Assembly (NCBI GenBank): GCA_016783665.1 | Contig: JADHWC010000005.1 | Span: 1-53,214 of the forward strand | Source of the DNA: Fidelibacterota bacterium | Lineage (GTDB): Bacteria > Fidelibacterota > UBA2242 | DNA: 53,214 nucleotides | Reading direction: 5' to 3' | Shown here: positions 1-8,795 of the stretch, piece by piece | Layout: each line of letters begins with the position of its first letter | Numbering within the stretch: position 1 is the first letter of the stretch | Made by a program: the position numbers and the translations under genes | Notes under the pieces: model-generated | The model's input: only the letters and a program-made list of their open reading frames with translations | Told to the model about the DNA's origin: nothing | Databases searched by the model: none

Positions 1-58
1 TTTTCACCTTGAAGGGATAATTACGCCCTGACGTAAAGAATTTATCCTTAAATACCAT
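1..58 (-). CDS. 5' end of a gene running off the window (MVFKDKFFTSGRNYPFKVK...)
   Basis: ATG at 58 on the minus strand, preceded by AGGA; frame open to the window edge; too short to identify. Confidence 0.35.
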   Translation of the reverse strand, partial: MVFKDKFFTSGRNYPFKVK

Positions 59-134
59 GATTTTCCTGTCAAACCAATGCAAGAATTTGCTCACTTTTCA
101 AATAACAGTAAATATTTTACTTGCATTATGGCAA

Positions 135-265
135 GTAGACGACGCATCACCAACAGCGAATGTGATTTTGTTGTCCTTTCAATATTTCAAAAACGCTTCG
201 TAAACTCGCAAAATCATCAATCATAAAACAGCTTTCGCTGTTGGGTGCATGCGATTGTTATGCAG
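135..265 (-). mobile_element. attC-like integron cassette recombination site (distal R' box degenerate)
   Basis: Minus strand, just after the stop of 268..1479: CTGCATAAC-aatc-GCATGCACCCAACAGCGAA ... TTCGCTGTTGGTGATGC. Arms pair with two unpaired bases; R'' is the exact complement of GTTATGCAG at 1500-1508. Confidence 0.75.
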
Positions 266-267
266 AA

Positions 268-1479
268 TTAATCTATCTTCTTTTTAATTAGCCTTCTCAT
301 AAAATGAATCTCACCTGCTTTTATATCACATAAAATGCTTCTTTTATTATCGATCGGATAGAACAGAATATCATTTCTATAATAATAGGAGGAAATCTTA
401 TAATTTGGCTGAAAATGCACCTCGGAATATATTGGTAGAAAGGTTTGATATAAAATCAATGTACCATCAAAATAATCAAATATATTATACCCGGCTATAT
501 CGTCTGTATATTTTAGTAATTCTTGAACCTTAAATGTATTCACGTCAATCAGAATAATATCATTGGCGCTTTGTGTAATTAGCCAATTTTCATCTGATGA
601 TATAGACATTGATTTTGGCCATTTTCTGACTCCACGATTTTCATAATCGCCATAAATATAATCTCTTGATTTATACCACATTTTCTTACCACTAGCAGGA
701 TCAAAACAATAAAATCCCGATTCTTTTCCTTGGTTATATAAAATAATGTTATTTTTAGATATTGCGCTGTTTCGTCTTAAAAAGTCGAAAGGATGAAACA
801 TAAAATGTGTGATCAAAGTGTACCATAATACTTCTTCCTTTTCAGGATCATATAGAAATAAATAACTGTCGCCTGCTCTTTCTTTCATAGATCCATTCGT
901 CCATACAAGGCTGAGAATTTTATTATCAGGTGTGAACCTGAGACTATTATTATCTGAATACAATGCTGCTGGGAGTAATACTTCTTTTTTCTGGCCATTC
1001 TTTGTGTAATAATAAAACCGTGTTGGTACGTGATTGCCATATTCAATAATATATTCTCCGTCAGGAGATAAATAATAATCAAATTCAGTTTTCTTTAATT
1101 TACATAGTTCGTCTCCCTGCCTGTTTAATACAATACAACTACTATATAAATCACATAAAATTATATTGCCGTTTGAAGATACTTCTGTTCTTTCAAGAGG
1201 AATCTCCGAAAACTCCTTTTCCAAAATCAAAAAACCATCCTTTGCAATTAATCGAATGAAGTAGCTATTATCTTTTTTATATCGAACTAATATCTCATCT
1301 GTTTCTGAAGCAATATCAAACCCTAAAATCTTACCGTCAATATGTAATGATCTATAATTCTGATAATTCTCTGAAATATATTTGGAATAATTTATTCTTA
1401 CGGTATCGATATTTTGCCCTGTACAACTATGCATTACCAATAAGATAAACGATAATATATTTAGTGATATGTTATTCAT
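268..1479 (-). CDS. Cassette-borne hypothetical exported protein/lipoprotein, probable beta-propeller (PQQ/WD-like)
   Basis: Hydrophobic N-terminus ending MHSC; blade-like motifs (LSPDGEY, FDPASGKKMW, YDPEKEEVLW); AT-rich; flanked by GTTATGCAG and CTGCATAAC. Confidence 0.65.
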   Translation of the reverse strand: MNNISLNILSFILLVMHSCTGQNIDTVRINYSKYISENYQNYRSLHIDGKILGFDIASETDEILVRYKKDNSYFIRLIAKDGFLILEKEFSEIPLERTEVSSNGNIILCDLYSSCIVLNRQGDELCKLKKTEFDYYLSPDGEYIIEYGNHVPTRFYYYTKNGQKKEVLLPAALYSDNNSLRFTPDNKILSLVWTNGSMKERAGDSYLFLYDPEKEEVLWYTLITHFMFHPFDFLRRNSAISKNNIILYNQGKESGFYCFDPASGKKMWYKSRDYIYGDYENRGVRKWPKSMSISSDENWLITQSANDIILIDVNTFKVQELLKYTDDIAGYNIFDYFDGTLILYQTFLPIYSEVHFQPNYKISSYYYRNDILFYPIDNKRSILCDIKAGEIHFMRRLIKKKID

Positions 1480-1499
1480 CTGAAGTACTTTCCCCCTTA

Positions 1500-1660
1500 C
1501 TGCATAACATTGTCAATATATGGAAAACTTTCCATCATATCAGCCTTATATAGCTGGAAAACATTTCCACCTATTGACCGCATTTGATTTAAAATATGGA
1601 AAAAAGCAGATTGATTTTCCACATTTATATCATACGACTTCATGAAGTGGAAATTAACAG
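1500..1660 (-). promoter_or_regulatory. attI-like core site (GTTATGCAG) with upstream TGGAAA..TTTCCA palindrome array
   Basis: GTT core at 1506-1508 with no attC stem upstream; palindromes at 1520-1535, 1555-1569 and 1597-1621. Confidence 0.5.
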
Positions 1661-1714
1661 GGATTAACACGATAAGCAAGAACAAGTTCAGACCTGATCC
1701 AAATTCAAAGCAAT

Positions 1715-1782
1715 TACACCTGTCAGGTTTATTAGATTCTTTTTCCTCAGGTGAGATCAATTTTGTAAACCTGACAGGTGTA
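1715..1782. repeat. REPIN-like REP doublet, copy 1
   Basis: Perfect 17-bp inverted repeat TACACCTGTCAGGTTTA / TAAACCTGACAGGTGTA with 34-bp spacer. Confidence 0.85.
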
Positions 1783-2003
1783 GGTATATCCTTAACTTTT
1801 ACCGGCAGATGAAAATGATTTGGTATCAGACAATAAGCATAAATCTCTACAAAAGTCGATATATACGAATTAAGTTTTGCAAGAAAATAGAGGTAATTCG
1901 CGTCGGTGTAAAAAAGTTTATCTTCTCCATTCGCCCGGTTATAGACGTGGTAAAACTGATTCTCGATGAAAATGGGCATAGTATTTTGAGCTTTGGTGTG
2001 CAT
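1715..2003 (-). pseudogene. Truncated duplicate of the RAYT transposase N-terminal half (ORF continues to 1497 through unrelated sequence)
   Basis: Near-identical to the N-terminus of 2091..2747 up to the internal REP; keeps the HUH motif (HFH) but lacks the C-terminal Tyr region. Confidence 0.85.
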
Positions 2004-2018
2004 TGCGTTTCCTACACT

Positions 2019-2088
2019 TTAGACCTGGCAGGTTTATTAGATCCTTCCGACCCAGATAAGATTAACTGATTAAACCTGCCAGGTCTAA
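2019..2088. repeat. REPIN-like REP doublet, copy 2 (directly downstream of RAYT)
   Basis: Perfect 18-bp inverted repeat TTAGACCTGGCAGGTTTA / TAAACCTGCCAGGTCTAA; 34-bp spacer similar to copies 1 and 3. Confidence 0.85.
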
Positions 2089-2090
2089 GA

Positions 2091-2747
2091 TTATTCCAGA
2101 GAATATTTCGCTATTTCCAGATAATTGATTTTGGCGTTTCGATGGTCTTCTATAAACCGGTCTCTACCTTCGAAAATATCATAAATTGTTTTGCGAGGTA
2201 GTTTGGTCGGTTGGTTGTCAAGCAGAGCCTTATAGGAACTCCAGCGATAATTTTCGAAAGATTGTGTTATTTGATGGTGAATGGGATTCACGTGAGTATA
2301 GATGATAATCATTTTCAAATATTCTTCGGTATCAATGAGTTTTCGCTTGAATGGTTTATCAAACAGACTGCCCGAGCGGTTCTCTTGTCGGTTGATGGAT
2401 TTAGCGTAGCAGTTGAAGAAATTGGAAAAAGCCTGCGTAATTATGCTATTCCACATGTCAGGTTTATTAGGTTCTTTTTTCTCAGGTGAGATCAACTTTG
2501 TAAACCTGACAGGTGTAAGCGTAGGTATAATATCCTTAACTTTTATCAGCAGATGAAAATGGTTTGGTATCAGGCAATAAGCATAAATCTCCACAAAAGC
2601 TGATACATACGAATTAAGTTTTTCAAGAAAATAGAGGTAATTCGCATCGGTGTAAAAAAGTTTATCATCTCCATTCGCCCGATTATAGACATGGTAAAAC
2701 TGATTCTCGATGAAAAGGGCTATTGTATTTTGAGCTTTGGTGTGCAT
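2091..2747 (-). CDS. REP-associated tyrosine transposase (RAYT, IS200-like Y1 HUH)
   Basis: Motifs FYHVYNR, YAYCLIPNHFHLL (HUH), GSLF..PF, IYTHVNP (catalytic Tyr region), YRWSSY; REPs on both sides. Confidence 0.9.
   Translation of the reverse strand: MHTKAQNTIALFIENQFYHVYNRANGDDKLFYTDANYLYFLEKLNSYVSAFVEIYAYCLIPNHFHLLIKVKDIIPTLTPVRFTKLISPEKKEPNKPDMWNSIITQAFSNFFNCYAKSINRQENRSGSLFDKPFKRKLIDTEEYLKMIIIYTHVNPIHHQITQSFENYRWSSYKALLDNQPTKLPRKTIYDIFEGRDRFIEDHRNAKINYLEIAKYSLE
2451..2516. repeat. REPIN-like REP doublet, copy 3, in frame inside RAYT
   Basis: ACATGTCAGGTTTA-34 bp-TAAACCTGACAGGTGT; encodes TPVRFTKLISPEKKEPNKPDM. Confidence 0.8.
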
Positions 2748-2762
2748 CGTTTTCTACACTTT

Positions 2763-2796
2763 AGACCTGACAGGAAAAAGAAAACCTGTCAGGTCT
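2763..2796. repeat. REP doublet upstream of RAYT
   Basis: AGACCTGACAGG-aaaaagaaaa-CCTGTCAGGTCT. Confidence 0.85.
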
Positions 2797-2831
2797 TTAC
2801 ATTCTCATTCTCTCTATCTTTCATCATTTCG

Positions 2832-2971
2832 GGCGAATTCTTTAAAAAGCGATCAATCAGGTTTTCCACCAATTCATCTCCGAGAATGAAAGTCAAGGTA
2901 ATGTGCCCGTCATTCCGATGCTGTTTATTCCATAGCGCCGCAGTTTCCACGGCATTGGGATTGCGCGCCCA
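2832..2971 (-). pseudogene. Duplicated 3' end of hutU (direct repeat of 4050..4189)
   Basis: 140 bp with 7 mismatches by manual alignment; encodes WARNPNAVETAALWNKQHRNDGHITLTFILGDELVENLIDRFLKNS. Confidence 0.9.
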
Positions 2972-3025
2972 AGTGTCTCACCAGAGACCTCCGTTGAGGC
3001 GAAAGATTCGTTAGGGCTTTTCCAA

Positions 3026-3442
3026 TTAAGGTGACTTTATAATTCCGGCAAGTTCTTCAGGGGCATAGATGTTTAGAGAAGCATACTTAAAATCTTTAGT
3101 ATTTCTTGTTACAATTCCATCTATATGGCTTAGATTTGCAGATTCGTGCAATACCGCATCTTCAAAATCGGAGATGTTATGACTGCATGCAGATTCAAAT
3201 ATTGACTTATTTAATTCGGTCAGTGCAAAAATATTTAGCAGGTTTTTAATCAGCTTCTTCGCTTTATCTGATCCTTTGACTTTTGTTACTAAATAACCAA
3301 TAGTGGTTAAGGTTGTCGGACAAATATATCCTTCAATAATTCCTTGTTCAACTTCGGATAAAAGAAATGTGGCAACATTATAGTATGGTTTACGAAGAAG
3401 CAGTACGTCTAATATTACGTTCGTATCAAATAAGATTTTCAT
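3026..3442 (-). CDS. PIN-domain (VapC-like) toxin
   Basis: MKILFDTNVILD, DFEDA, IVTRNTKDF motifs; overlaps the antitoxin stop. Confidence 0.9.
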   Translation of the reverse strand: MKILFDTNVILDVLLLRKPYYNVATFLLSEVEQGIIEGYICPTTLTTIGYLVTKVKGSDKAKKLIKNLLNIFALTELNKSIFESACSHNISDFEDAVLHESANLSHIDGIVTRNTKDFKYASLNIYAPEELAGIIKSP

Positions 3443-3681
3443 AAATACTTACCTTCTAAGTATTTTTTATAATCTTTTTCATCAATATTAGAATCGACGA
3501 GAGCACCATATAAAGATTTTACATTTGGGGGTAATGCTTTGCCTTCGATAAATTCTTTTTTAGTAAGCATTCTAAAGTAATCCGCAACCATTTTAGAGAG
3601 TGATTTACCTTTTTTATCAGCAATTGTTTTTGCCAGGTTGATCAACTCGTCTTCCATTCTTAAAGTCAATTTTGTTTGCAT
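3439..3681 (-). CDS. DUF6364-family (RHH-type) antitoxin
   Basis: MQTKLTLR..ELI..AK..A..KGKSLSKMV..YF ... YLEGKYL; AGGAG RBS supports a start at 3681 rather than 3708. Confidence 0.85.
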   Translation of the reverse strand: MQTKLTLRMEDELINLAKTIADKKGKSLSKMVADYFRMLTKKEFIEGKALPPNVKSLYGALVDSNIDEKDYKKYLEGKYL

Positions 3682-3709
3682 ATCATCTCCTTGTACGTCT
3701 TCCTTCATA

Positions 3710-3738
3710 ATATTAATACGTCATATAGAAATATGCAA
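3710..3738 (-). promoter_or_regulatory. Putative sigma70 promoter of the TA cassette
   Basis: TTGCAT-17 bp-TAATAT on the minus strand. Confidence 0.45.
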
Positions 3739-3776
3739 TAACTTTTTGATTGTTCCACAATAATTTCTTTTTACAT

Positions 3777-3909
3777 GCCATAACGGATTAACTCACCGGC
3801 GCAAACTCGACCGGGAATTTGTTGTTTGATTAACGAAATATATTATGCAGACTTTCATTTTTAAAATCTCGCTACCAGCATTTTGTGTCCGGTGCAGTGG
3901 GAGTTAGAT
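3777..3909 (-). mobile_element. attC site preceding the TA cassette
   Basis: Minus strand ATCTAAC-tccc-ACTGCACCGGACACAAAA ... TTTGCGCCGGTGAGTT-aatcc-GTTATGGC; two extrahelical bases; GCCCTAAC (7/8 complement) follows the toxin stop at 3010-3017. Confidence 0.8.
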
Positions 3910-4039
3910 AGTGACAATAGATGATTCATTTCAATAGTACCATTTATTTGTTTCTGCAAAACTTTCTGTCTTTATAGTGTATAAATAAACTCATACGCTC
4001 CCGCGTTTACGCCAACATGATATCTTGCCTGTCTCATAA

Positions 4040-6073
4040 TTACTTATCTGGCGAATTCTTAAAAAAGCGCTCAATCAGGTTTTCCACCAGTTCATCTCCG
4101 GGAATGAAAGGCAAGGTAATGTGCCCGTCATTCCGATGCTGTTTATTCCATAGCGCCGCAGTTTCAACGGCGTTGGGATTGCGCGCCCAGCTGCGCCGGG
4201 CGACACCGCCCATGACGTCCCATGAAAGCCCTTTTCGAATCACTTCATCGGCTTTTTCGCTGCCGTCAAGAAGGATGCCGTTGCCTCCGTTACTGGCACG
4301 CCCGATACCGACGCCGCCGCCGTTGGAAAGTACAACGAGTGTCATTCCTCTCGCTATATTGCCGCCGAAGCACTGCACCGACATATCGGCGGTTGTCCGG
4401 CTGCCGTCGTAAATATTGGCAGTTTCCCGGAAGGGCGAGTCGGTGCCGGAGACATCATGATGATCGCGACCGAGCAGTACCGGTCCGATTTCACCGTTGC
4501 GCACCATATCGTTAAACTTCAAGGCGATGCGGATGCGACCCCCTTCGTCGGAATAGAGAATCCGACACTTTGTGCCCACTATTAGTTGATTTTCCTCGGC
4601 AGTTTCGATCCAGTGGTAATTATCGCGATGCAGCGAACTCAATTTCGGATCGATACAGGTCATAACAGCCTTATCGGTCTTATGGAGATCTTCATTCTTG
4701 CGGCTGAGACAGACCCAGCGGAATGGTCCAAAGCCTTTATCAAAGCAAACCGGGCCCATGATATCTTCCACATATGACGGCCAGATGAACCCTTCGGAAG
4801 TGTCAACCCCGTTTTGGGCGATTTCCGGGATGCCGGCGTTAAAAATGGACGCCATGAAACTATTGCCGTAATCCCAAAAATAGGAACCTTTCTGTGTGAG
4901 GTGTTTGATTACGCGATAGTGACACCTGAGCGACTGATCTACAAGTTTGCAGAATTTATCCGGATCGGATTTAATCAGTTCGCGCCCTTCATCAAAAGTT
5001 ACTCCTGCGGGAGTGTAGCCGCCTTCATAAACGGCATGACAGGATGTTTGATCGGAGATCAGTTCTACTTCGATATTTTTTTTGTCAATATATTCCAAAA
5101 GATCTACGACATTGCCATGATAGGCGATGGAAACGGCTTTTCCGGTTTGTTTATATTCCTGCATCCAGCTGGTGATCTGATCGAGATTGTCGGACACTTT
5201 GCCGACCCAACCCTGTTCGTGGCGGGTCTTGATCCGGCTGTAATCCACCTCCGCGATCACGCCGATTCCACCGGCAATTTCGACGGCTTTAGCCTGGGCG
5301 CCCGACATTCCGCCAAGACCGGAACTCACGAAGAAAATTCCTTTCAGGTCTTTATCATCGGGAATACTAAGATATTTCCTGCCGGCATTTAATAACGTAA
5401 TAAAAGTGCCATGAACAATTCCCTGGGGTCCGATATACATCCAGCCGCCGGCGGTCATCTGCCCATAATTGGAAACGCCCATGGCTGCCAATTTTTTAAA
5501 GTGTTCCGAATTATCCCATTCTCCGACAATTATACCATTAGTGGAAATAACCCTGGGAGCCATTGGACTGGAAGGAAAGAGACCAACCGGGTGACCGGAA
5601 CTGACGACCAAGGTCTGTTCTTCGGTCATGATTTCGAGATACTGTTTAATTAATAGGTATTGCATCCAGTTCTGGCATACCTGCCCGGTTTCGCCATAGG
5701 TCACCAGTTCATAAGGATAAAGCGCCACTTCGAAATCCAGATTATTATCGATATTCACCTGGAGAGCGCGGGCGGCCAGGATGCCTTTATATTCATTTAC
5801 CGGTTTGCCCCAGATACGACCTTCAGGACGATAGCGATACCCGTAAATTCGTCCCATAGTGCGCAGTTCTTCCAGAAATTCAGGCGCCAGTGTCCTGTGT
5901 AACTCTTCCGGGATATATCGAAGCGCATTTTTTAAGGCTATGACGGCTTCGTTTTTCGTTAGGTTGAAGCCGCGGTTCGGAGCGCGGCGAATGCCTTTGA
6001 CAAACTCCTTTTTGGCTGGAAGTTCTGCCGGCAGTTTTATTGTCATAGCCGACGCTATGTCGAAATTATTCAT
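4040..6073 (-). CDS. hutU: Urocanate hydratase (long ~677-aa type)
   Basis: YGQMTAGGWMYIGPQGIVHGT, GLGGMSGAQ, SDQTSCH, GRDHHDVSGTDSPFRET; GGAG RBS favours a start at 6073. Confidence 0.97.
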   Translation of the reverse strand: MNNFDIASAMTIKLPAELPAKKEFVKGIRRAPNRGFNLTKNEAVIALKNALRYIPEELHRTLAPEFLEELRTMGRIYGYRYRPEGRIWGKPVNEYKGILAARALQVNIDNNLDFEVALYPYELVTYGETGQVCQNWMQYLLIKQYLEIMTEEQTLVVSSGHPVGLFPSSPMAPRVISTNGIIVGEWDNSEHFKKLAAMGVSNYGQMTAGGWMYIGPQGIVHGTFITLLNAGRKYLSIPDDKDLKGIFFVSSGLGGMSGAQAKAVEIAGGIGVIAEVDYSRIKTRHEQGWVGKVSDNLDQITSWMQEYKQTGKAVSIAYHGNVVDLLEYIDKKNIEVELISDQTSCHAVYEGGYTPAGVTFDEGRELIKSDPDKFCKLVDQSLRCHYRVIKHLTQKGSYFWDYGNSFMASIFNAGIPEIAQNGVDTSEGFIWPSYVEDIMGPVCFDKGFGPFRWVCLSRKNEDLHKTDKAVMTCIDPKLSSLHRDNYHWIETAEENQLIVGTKCRILYSDEGGRIRIALKFNDMVRNGEIGPVLLGRDHHDVSGTDSPFRETANIYDGSRTTADMSVQCFGGNIARGMTLVVLSNGGGVGIGRASNGGNGILLDGSEKADEVIRKGLSWDVMGGVARRSWARNPNAVETAALWNKQHRNDGHITLPFIPGDELVENLIERFFKNSPDK

Positions 6074-6256
6074 GATCTGCTCCCATATTGCTTTGATCAA
6101 TCATCAACTTTACGAAAGATTTAAGGAGATATCGTGAAGTGCTATTAAATAATCCCGATGAATATCGGGACAAAGTTTGCTCTCGTCCAGGAGTCCAACA
6201 TAACCGTTGAAATTTATATGTTAGGCTGAAGTGAGAAATGTTCATCATTAAGATTT

Positions 6257-6874
6257 TCATTTTGGCAAACGTTCCTGTACCCGGGCCTGAATTGTCCCGT
6301 TTTCCAGGTATTGGTAGAGATTTTTTCCCGGGCAGAGAGTCTCGGTATAATCTTTATGTCCTTTGATGTCATACAGCGGAACATTGAATCGTTCAACTAA
6401 GTATGCCGTGAGTTCGATAATCGCTTTCATTTGAGCTTGATTTACGGTTGCGTTTTCAAAATTTCCCATCAGACAGATCAGAGCATGTCCACTGGGATCG
6501 TAATCCGTATTGGTAGCGCCGGGATAATTGATGGGTCTTATCTCATATATTACGCCGTTAGGGTCAATCATAAAATGGTAAGGAATATCGATCCACTTTT
6601 TTTCTTTACGGCTCCAATCCTGAAGTCTGCGAACATGCTCAACGGGGTCTTTTTCAGAAGGATAGTCAACCCCGCCGTGGTGGATGGTTATCTTGCTTAT
6701 TTCATGTTGAGGTAATATACCGGCGAGCGGTTTCCATTCCCAGTCGGCGCGCCGGACGACCTGCAAATGATCCGGATAACTTAATTCCAGAACCTCATAT
6801 TCTTTATGAATCGGTATGGAACACGCGCTGAAAATTAAAACTAAGATAAAGATAAAAAGCATTCCGGATTTCAT
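6257..6874 (-). CDS. N-acetylmuramoyl-L-alanine amidase (Amidase_2/PGRP-like) lipoprotein
   Basis: Lipobox IFSAC; ITIHH, DIPYHFMI, KGHKD, TLCPG. Confidence 0.85.
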   Translation of the reverse strand: MKSGMLFIFILVLIFSACSIPIHKEYEVLELSYPDHLQVVRRADWEWKPLAGILPQHEISKITIHHGGVDYPSEKDPVEHVRRLQDWSRKEKKWIDIPYHFMIDPNGVIYEIRPINYPGATNTDYDPSGHALICLMGNFENATVNQAQMKAIIELTAYLVERFNVPLYDIKGHKDYTETLCPGKNLYQYLENGTIQARVQERLPK

Positions 6875-7009
6875 CGGTTTTTCCTTTCAATGATTGCAAT
6901 TAAAGTTAGCCAATTCAAAACTTCAGTACAAACTAAAGATAACGGCTTAGTGCTTGTATGGTCAACCCTGTTTTATTAGCTTTGGCACAAATGGCGGGGG
7001 AATTTTTTT

Positions 7010-8233
7010 ATGAACAATGCCAAAATAATCAGCAATATCGGGGAACTTGTCAGCTATGACTCTGATTCGGAATCGATGAAAGTATATCAAAATGTCGATA
7101 TGGTATTTGCCGATGGAGTCATTCGGGAAATCGGTAAAGATCTGTTTTCCAGTGAACTTGAGCTTTTCGATACTGGAGGTTCGTTAGTCACTCCCGGTTT
7201 TGTAGATCCTCATACTCATCCGGTGTTTTTTGAAACACGGGAGTTGGAATATGAGATGAGAATTATGGGCAAATCCTATATGGAAATTGCCGCCGCCGGT
7301 GGCGGAATTCGTTCCAGTGTCCGAAGCTTGCGGTCTGCTGACTACAAAGAACTAAAAGGGAAAGTCAAACAGCGGCTGGATGATTTTTTCAGATATGGCA
7401 CAACTACGATTGAAGCGAAAAGCGGGTATGGATTATCAACGGAAAGCGAGTTGATGTCGCTTCGGCTGTTAAAAGAATTAGACGATGAGCATCTACTGGA
7501 CATCAAACGAACGTTTTTAGGCGCACACGAATATCCGGATGAGTATCGCGAGGATCATGATGCTTACATCGACCTGATTATTCAGGAAATGTTGCCCGCA
7601 GTCGTCCGGGAAGGATTAGCGGAATTTTGTGATGTGTTTTGTGAAGAGGGCGTATTTTCTGTCCGTGAATCCCGCAGAGTATTGGAAGCGGCGAAATTTC
7701 TGGGACTCGGTATTCGTTTGCACGCCGAGGAATTCAAACCCATTGGCGGTGTGCAATTAGCAGCGAAACTGGGAGCCATATCGGCTGACCACCTGACCGC
7801 GATAACCGATGAGGGTATCGATGCTTTGATAGAGGGAAACGTAATCCCAATCCTGTTGCCGGCGACGACGTTTTTCCTTGGCTTGGATCACTATGCTCCG
7901 GGAAGGAAAATGTGGGACAAGGGTTTGCCGGTTGCCATTGCCACGGATTTCAACCCGGGCAGCTCCATGACCCAATCCATGCCGCTCGTTATTTCAATTG
8001 CCTGCTTGAAACTGAAATTGACGCCTCTGGAAGCCCTTCAAGCAGCAACAATTAATGCTGCACGATCAATCGCGATGGATAACGCTGTGGGTAGTCTTGA
8101 GCCGGACAAACAGGCTGATTTTGTGATCTGGAAATTCAACCGCTATCAGGGCATACCCTATTATCTGGGGTACCAGGCGATTCGCAGCGTTTGGAAGAGA
8201 GGGCAGCTAGTATGGTCCGAACCTGGCGAATAA
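7010..8233 (+). CDS. hutI: Imidazolonepropionase
   Basis: PGFVDPHTH, GTTTIEAKSGYGL, LHAEE, SADHL, ATDFNPGS. Confidence 0.96.
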   Translation: MNNAKIISNIGELVSYDSDSESMKVYQNVDMVFADGVIREIGKDLFSSELELFDTGGSLVTPGFVDPHTHPVFFETRELEYEMRIMGKSYMEIAAAGGGIRSSVRSLRSADYKELKGKVKQRLDDFFRYGTTTIEAKSGYGLSTESELMSLRLLKELDDEHLLDIKRTFLGAHEYPDEYREDHDAYIDLIIQEMLPAVVREGLAEFCDVFCEEGVFSVRESRRVLEAAKFLGLGIRLHAEEFKPIGGVQLAAKLGAISADHLTAITDEGIDALIEGNVIPILLPATTFFLGLDHYAPGRKMWDKGLPVAIATDFNPGSSMTQSMPLVISIACLKLKLTPLEALQAATINAARSIAMDNAVGSLEPDKQADFVIWKFNRYQGIPYYLGYQAIRSVWKRGQLVWSEPGE

Positions 8234-8266
8234 GACCGAAAATAAATTATTTTATTAAAAAAACAA

Positions 8267-8295
8267 TTGACAAAGAACCTATAAATATCTAAAAT
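8267..8295 (+). promoter_or_regulatory. Sigma70-type promoter
   Basis: TTGACA-17 bp-TAAAAT upstream of 8341. Confidence 0.6.
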
Positions 8296-8340
8296 CAGAC
8301 ACATGAATCGAAGTGGAAAAATATAAAGGGAGGTAAAATT

Positions 8341-8766
8341 TTGAGAAATATAAAGCCCGTATCAGCGCTACTCACATTAATAACTGTTTCACTGCTTTTT
8401 TCAGGAATTGCGTTTGGTAATTCAGATTATTATTCTTCCGTTCAAAAGATTTGTAATGCCTACCAGATAACAGTTGATTATGATCGTATGAATCTGATGG
8501 ATCTGGAAGATGGTGATAAAGAATTTACATTGAGCGTAAAAAGTACCCGAGGCCAGTTCGATCGCGTGATGCTCGTTAGCTTTTACGCAGCCGGAAAGGC
8601 GATGAATTATCATAAGGAGCCGATCCGGAAAGTCACGGTGGTTATCAGTGTGGAGTACAAAGGTACTCAAAATATTGTGGCACACGCTACAAAAGAAAAT
8701 ATTATGAAATTTGTGAACGGTGAGTTGACGTCGACGGAGTTTGTCAGAAGAGTTAAATTTGATTAA
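8341..8766 (+). CDS. Hypothetical exported protein
   Basis: GGGAGG RBS, TTG start, signal peptide. Confidence 0.7.
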   Translation: MRNIKPVSALLTLITVSLLFSGIAFGNSDYYSSVQKICNAYQITVDYDRMNLMDLEDGDKEFTLSVKSTRGQFDRVMLVSFYAAGKAMNYHKEPIRKVTVVISVEYKGTQNIVAHATKENIMKFVNGELTSTEFVRRVKFD

Positions 8767-8795
8767 TTTGCAAAATAACAATTAAGGAGGAATTC

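Noticed and set aside
1715-2796. REP copies as a CRISPR array
   Set aside because: Repeats are inverted, irregularly spaced and have related spacers; no cas genes
2691-3014. Plus-strand ORFs 2691..3014 and 4017..4412 with similar translations
   Set aside because: Antisense shadows of hutU and its duplicated 3' end; the similarity is explained by the DNA repeat
3990-4010. ACGCTCCCGCGT as a remnant of another REP family next to the attC
   Set aside because: Single short partial palindrome; insufficient support within this window
1715-4189. Near-identical repeat pairs as a possible DGR template/variable repeat
   Set aside because: No reverse transcriptase in the window, and mismatches are not confined to adenines on one strand
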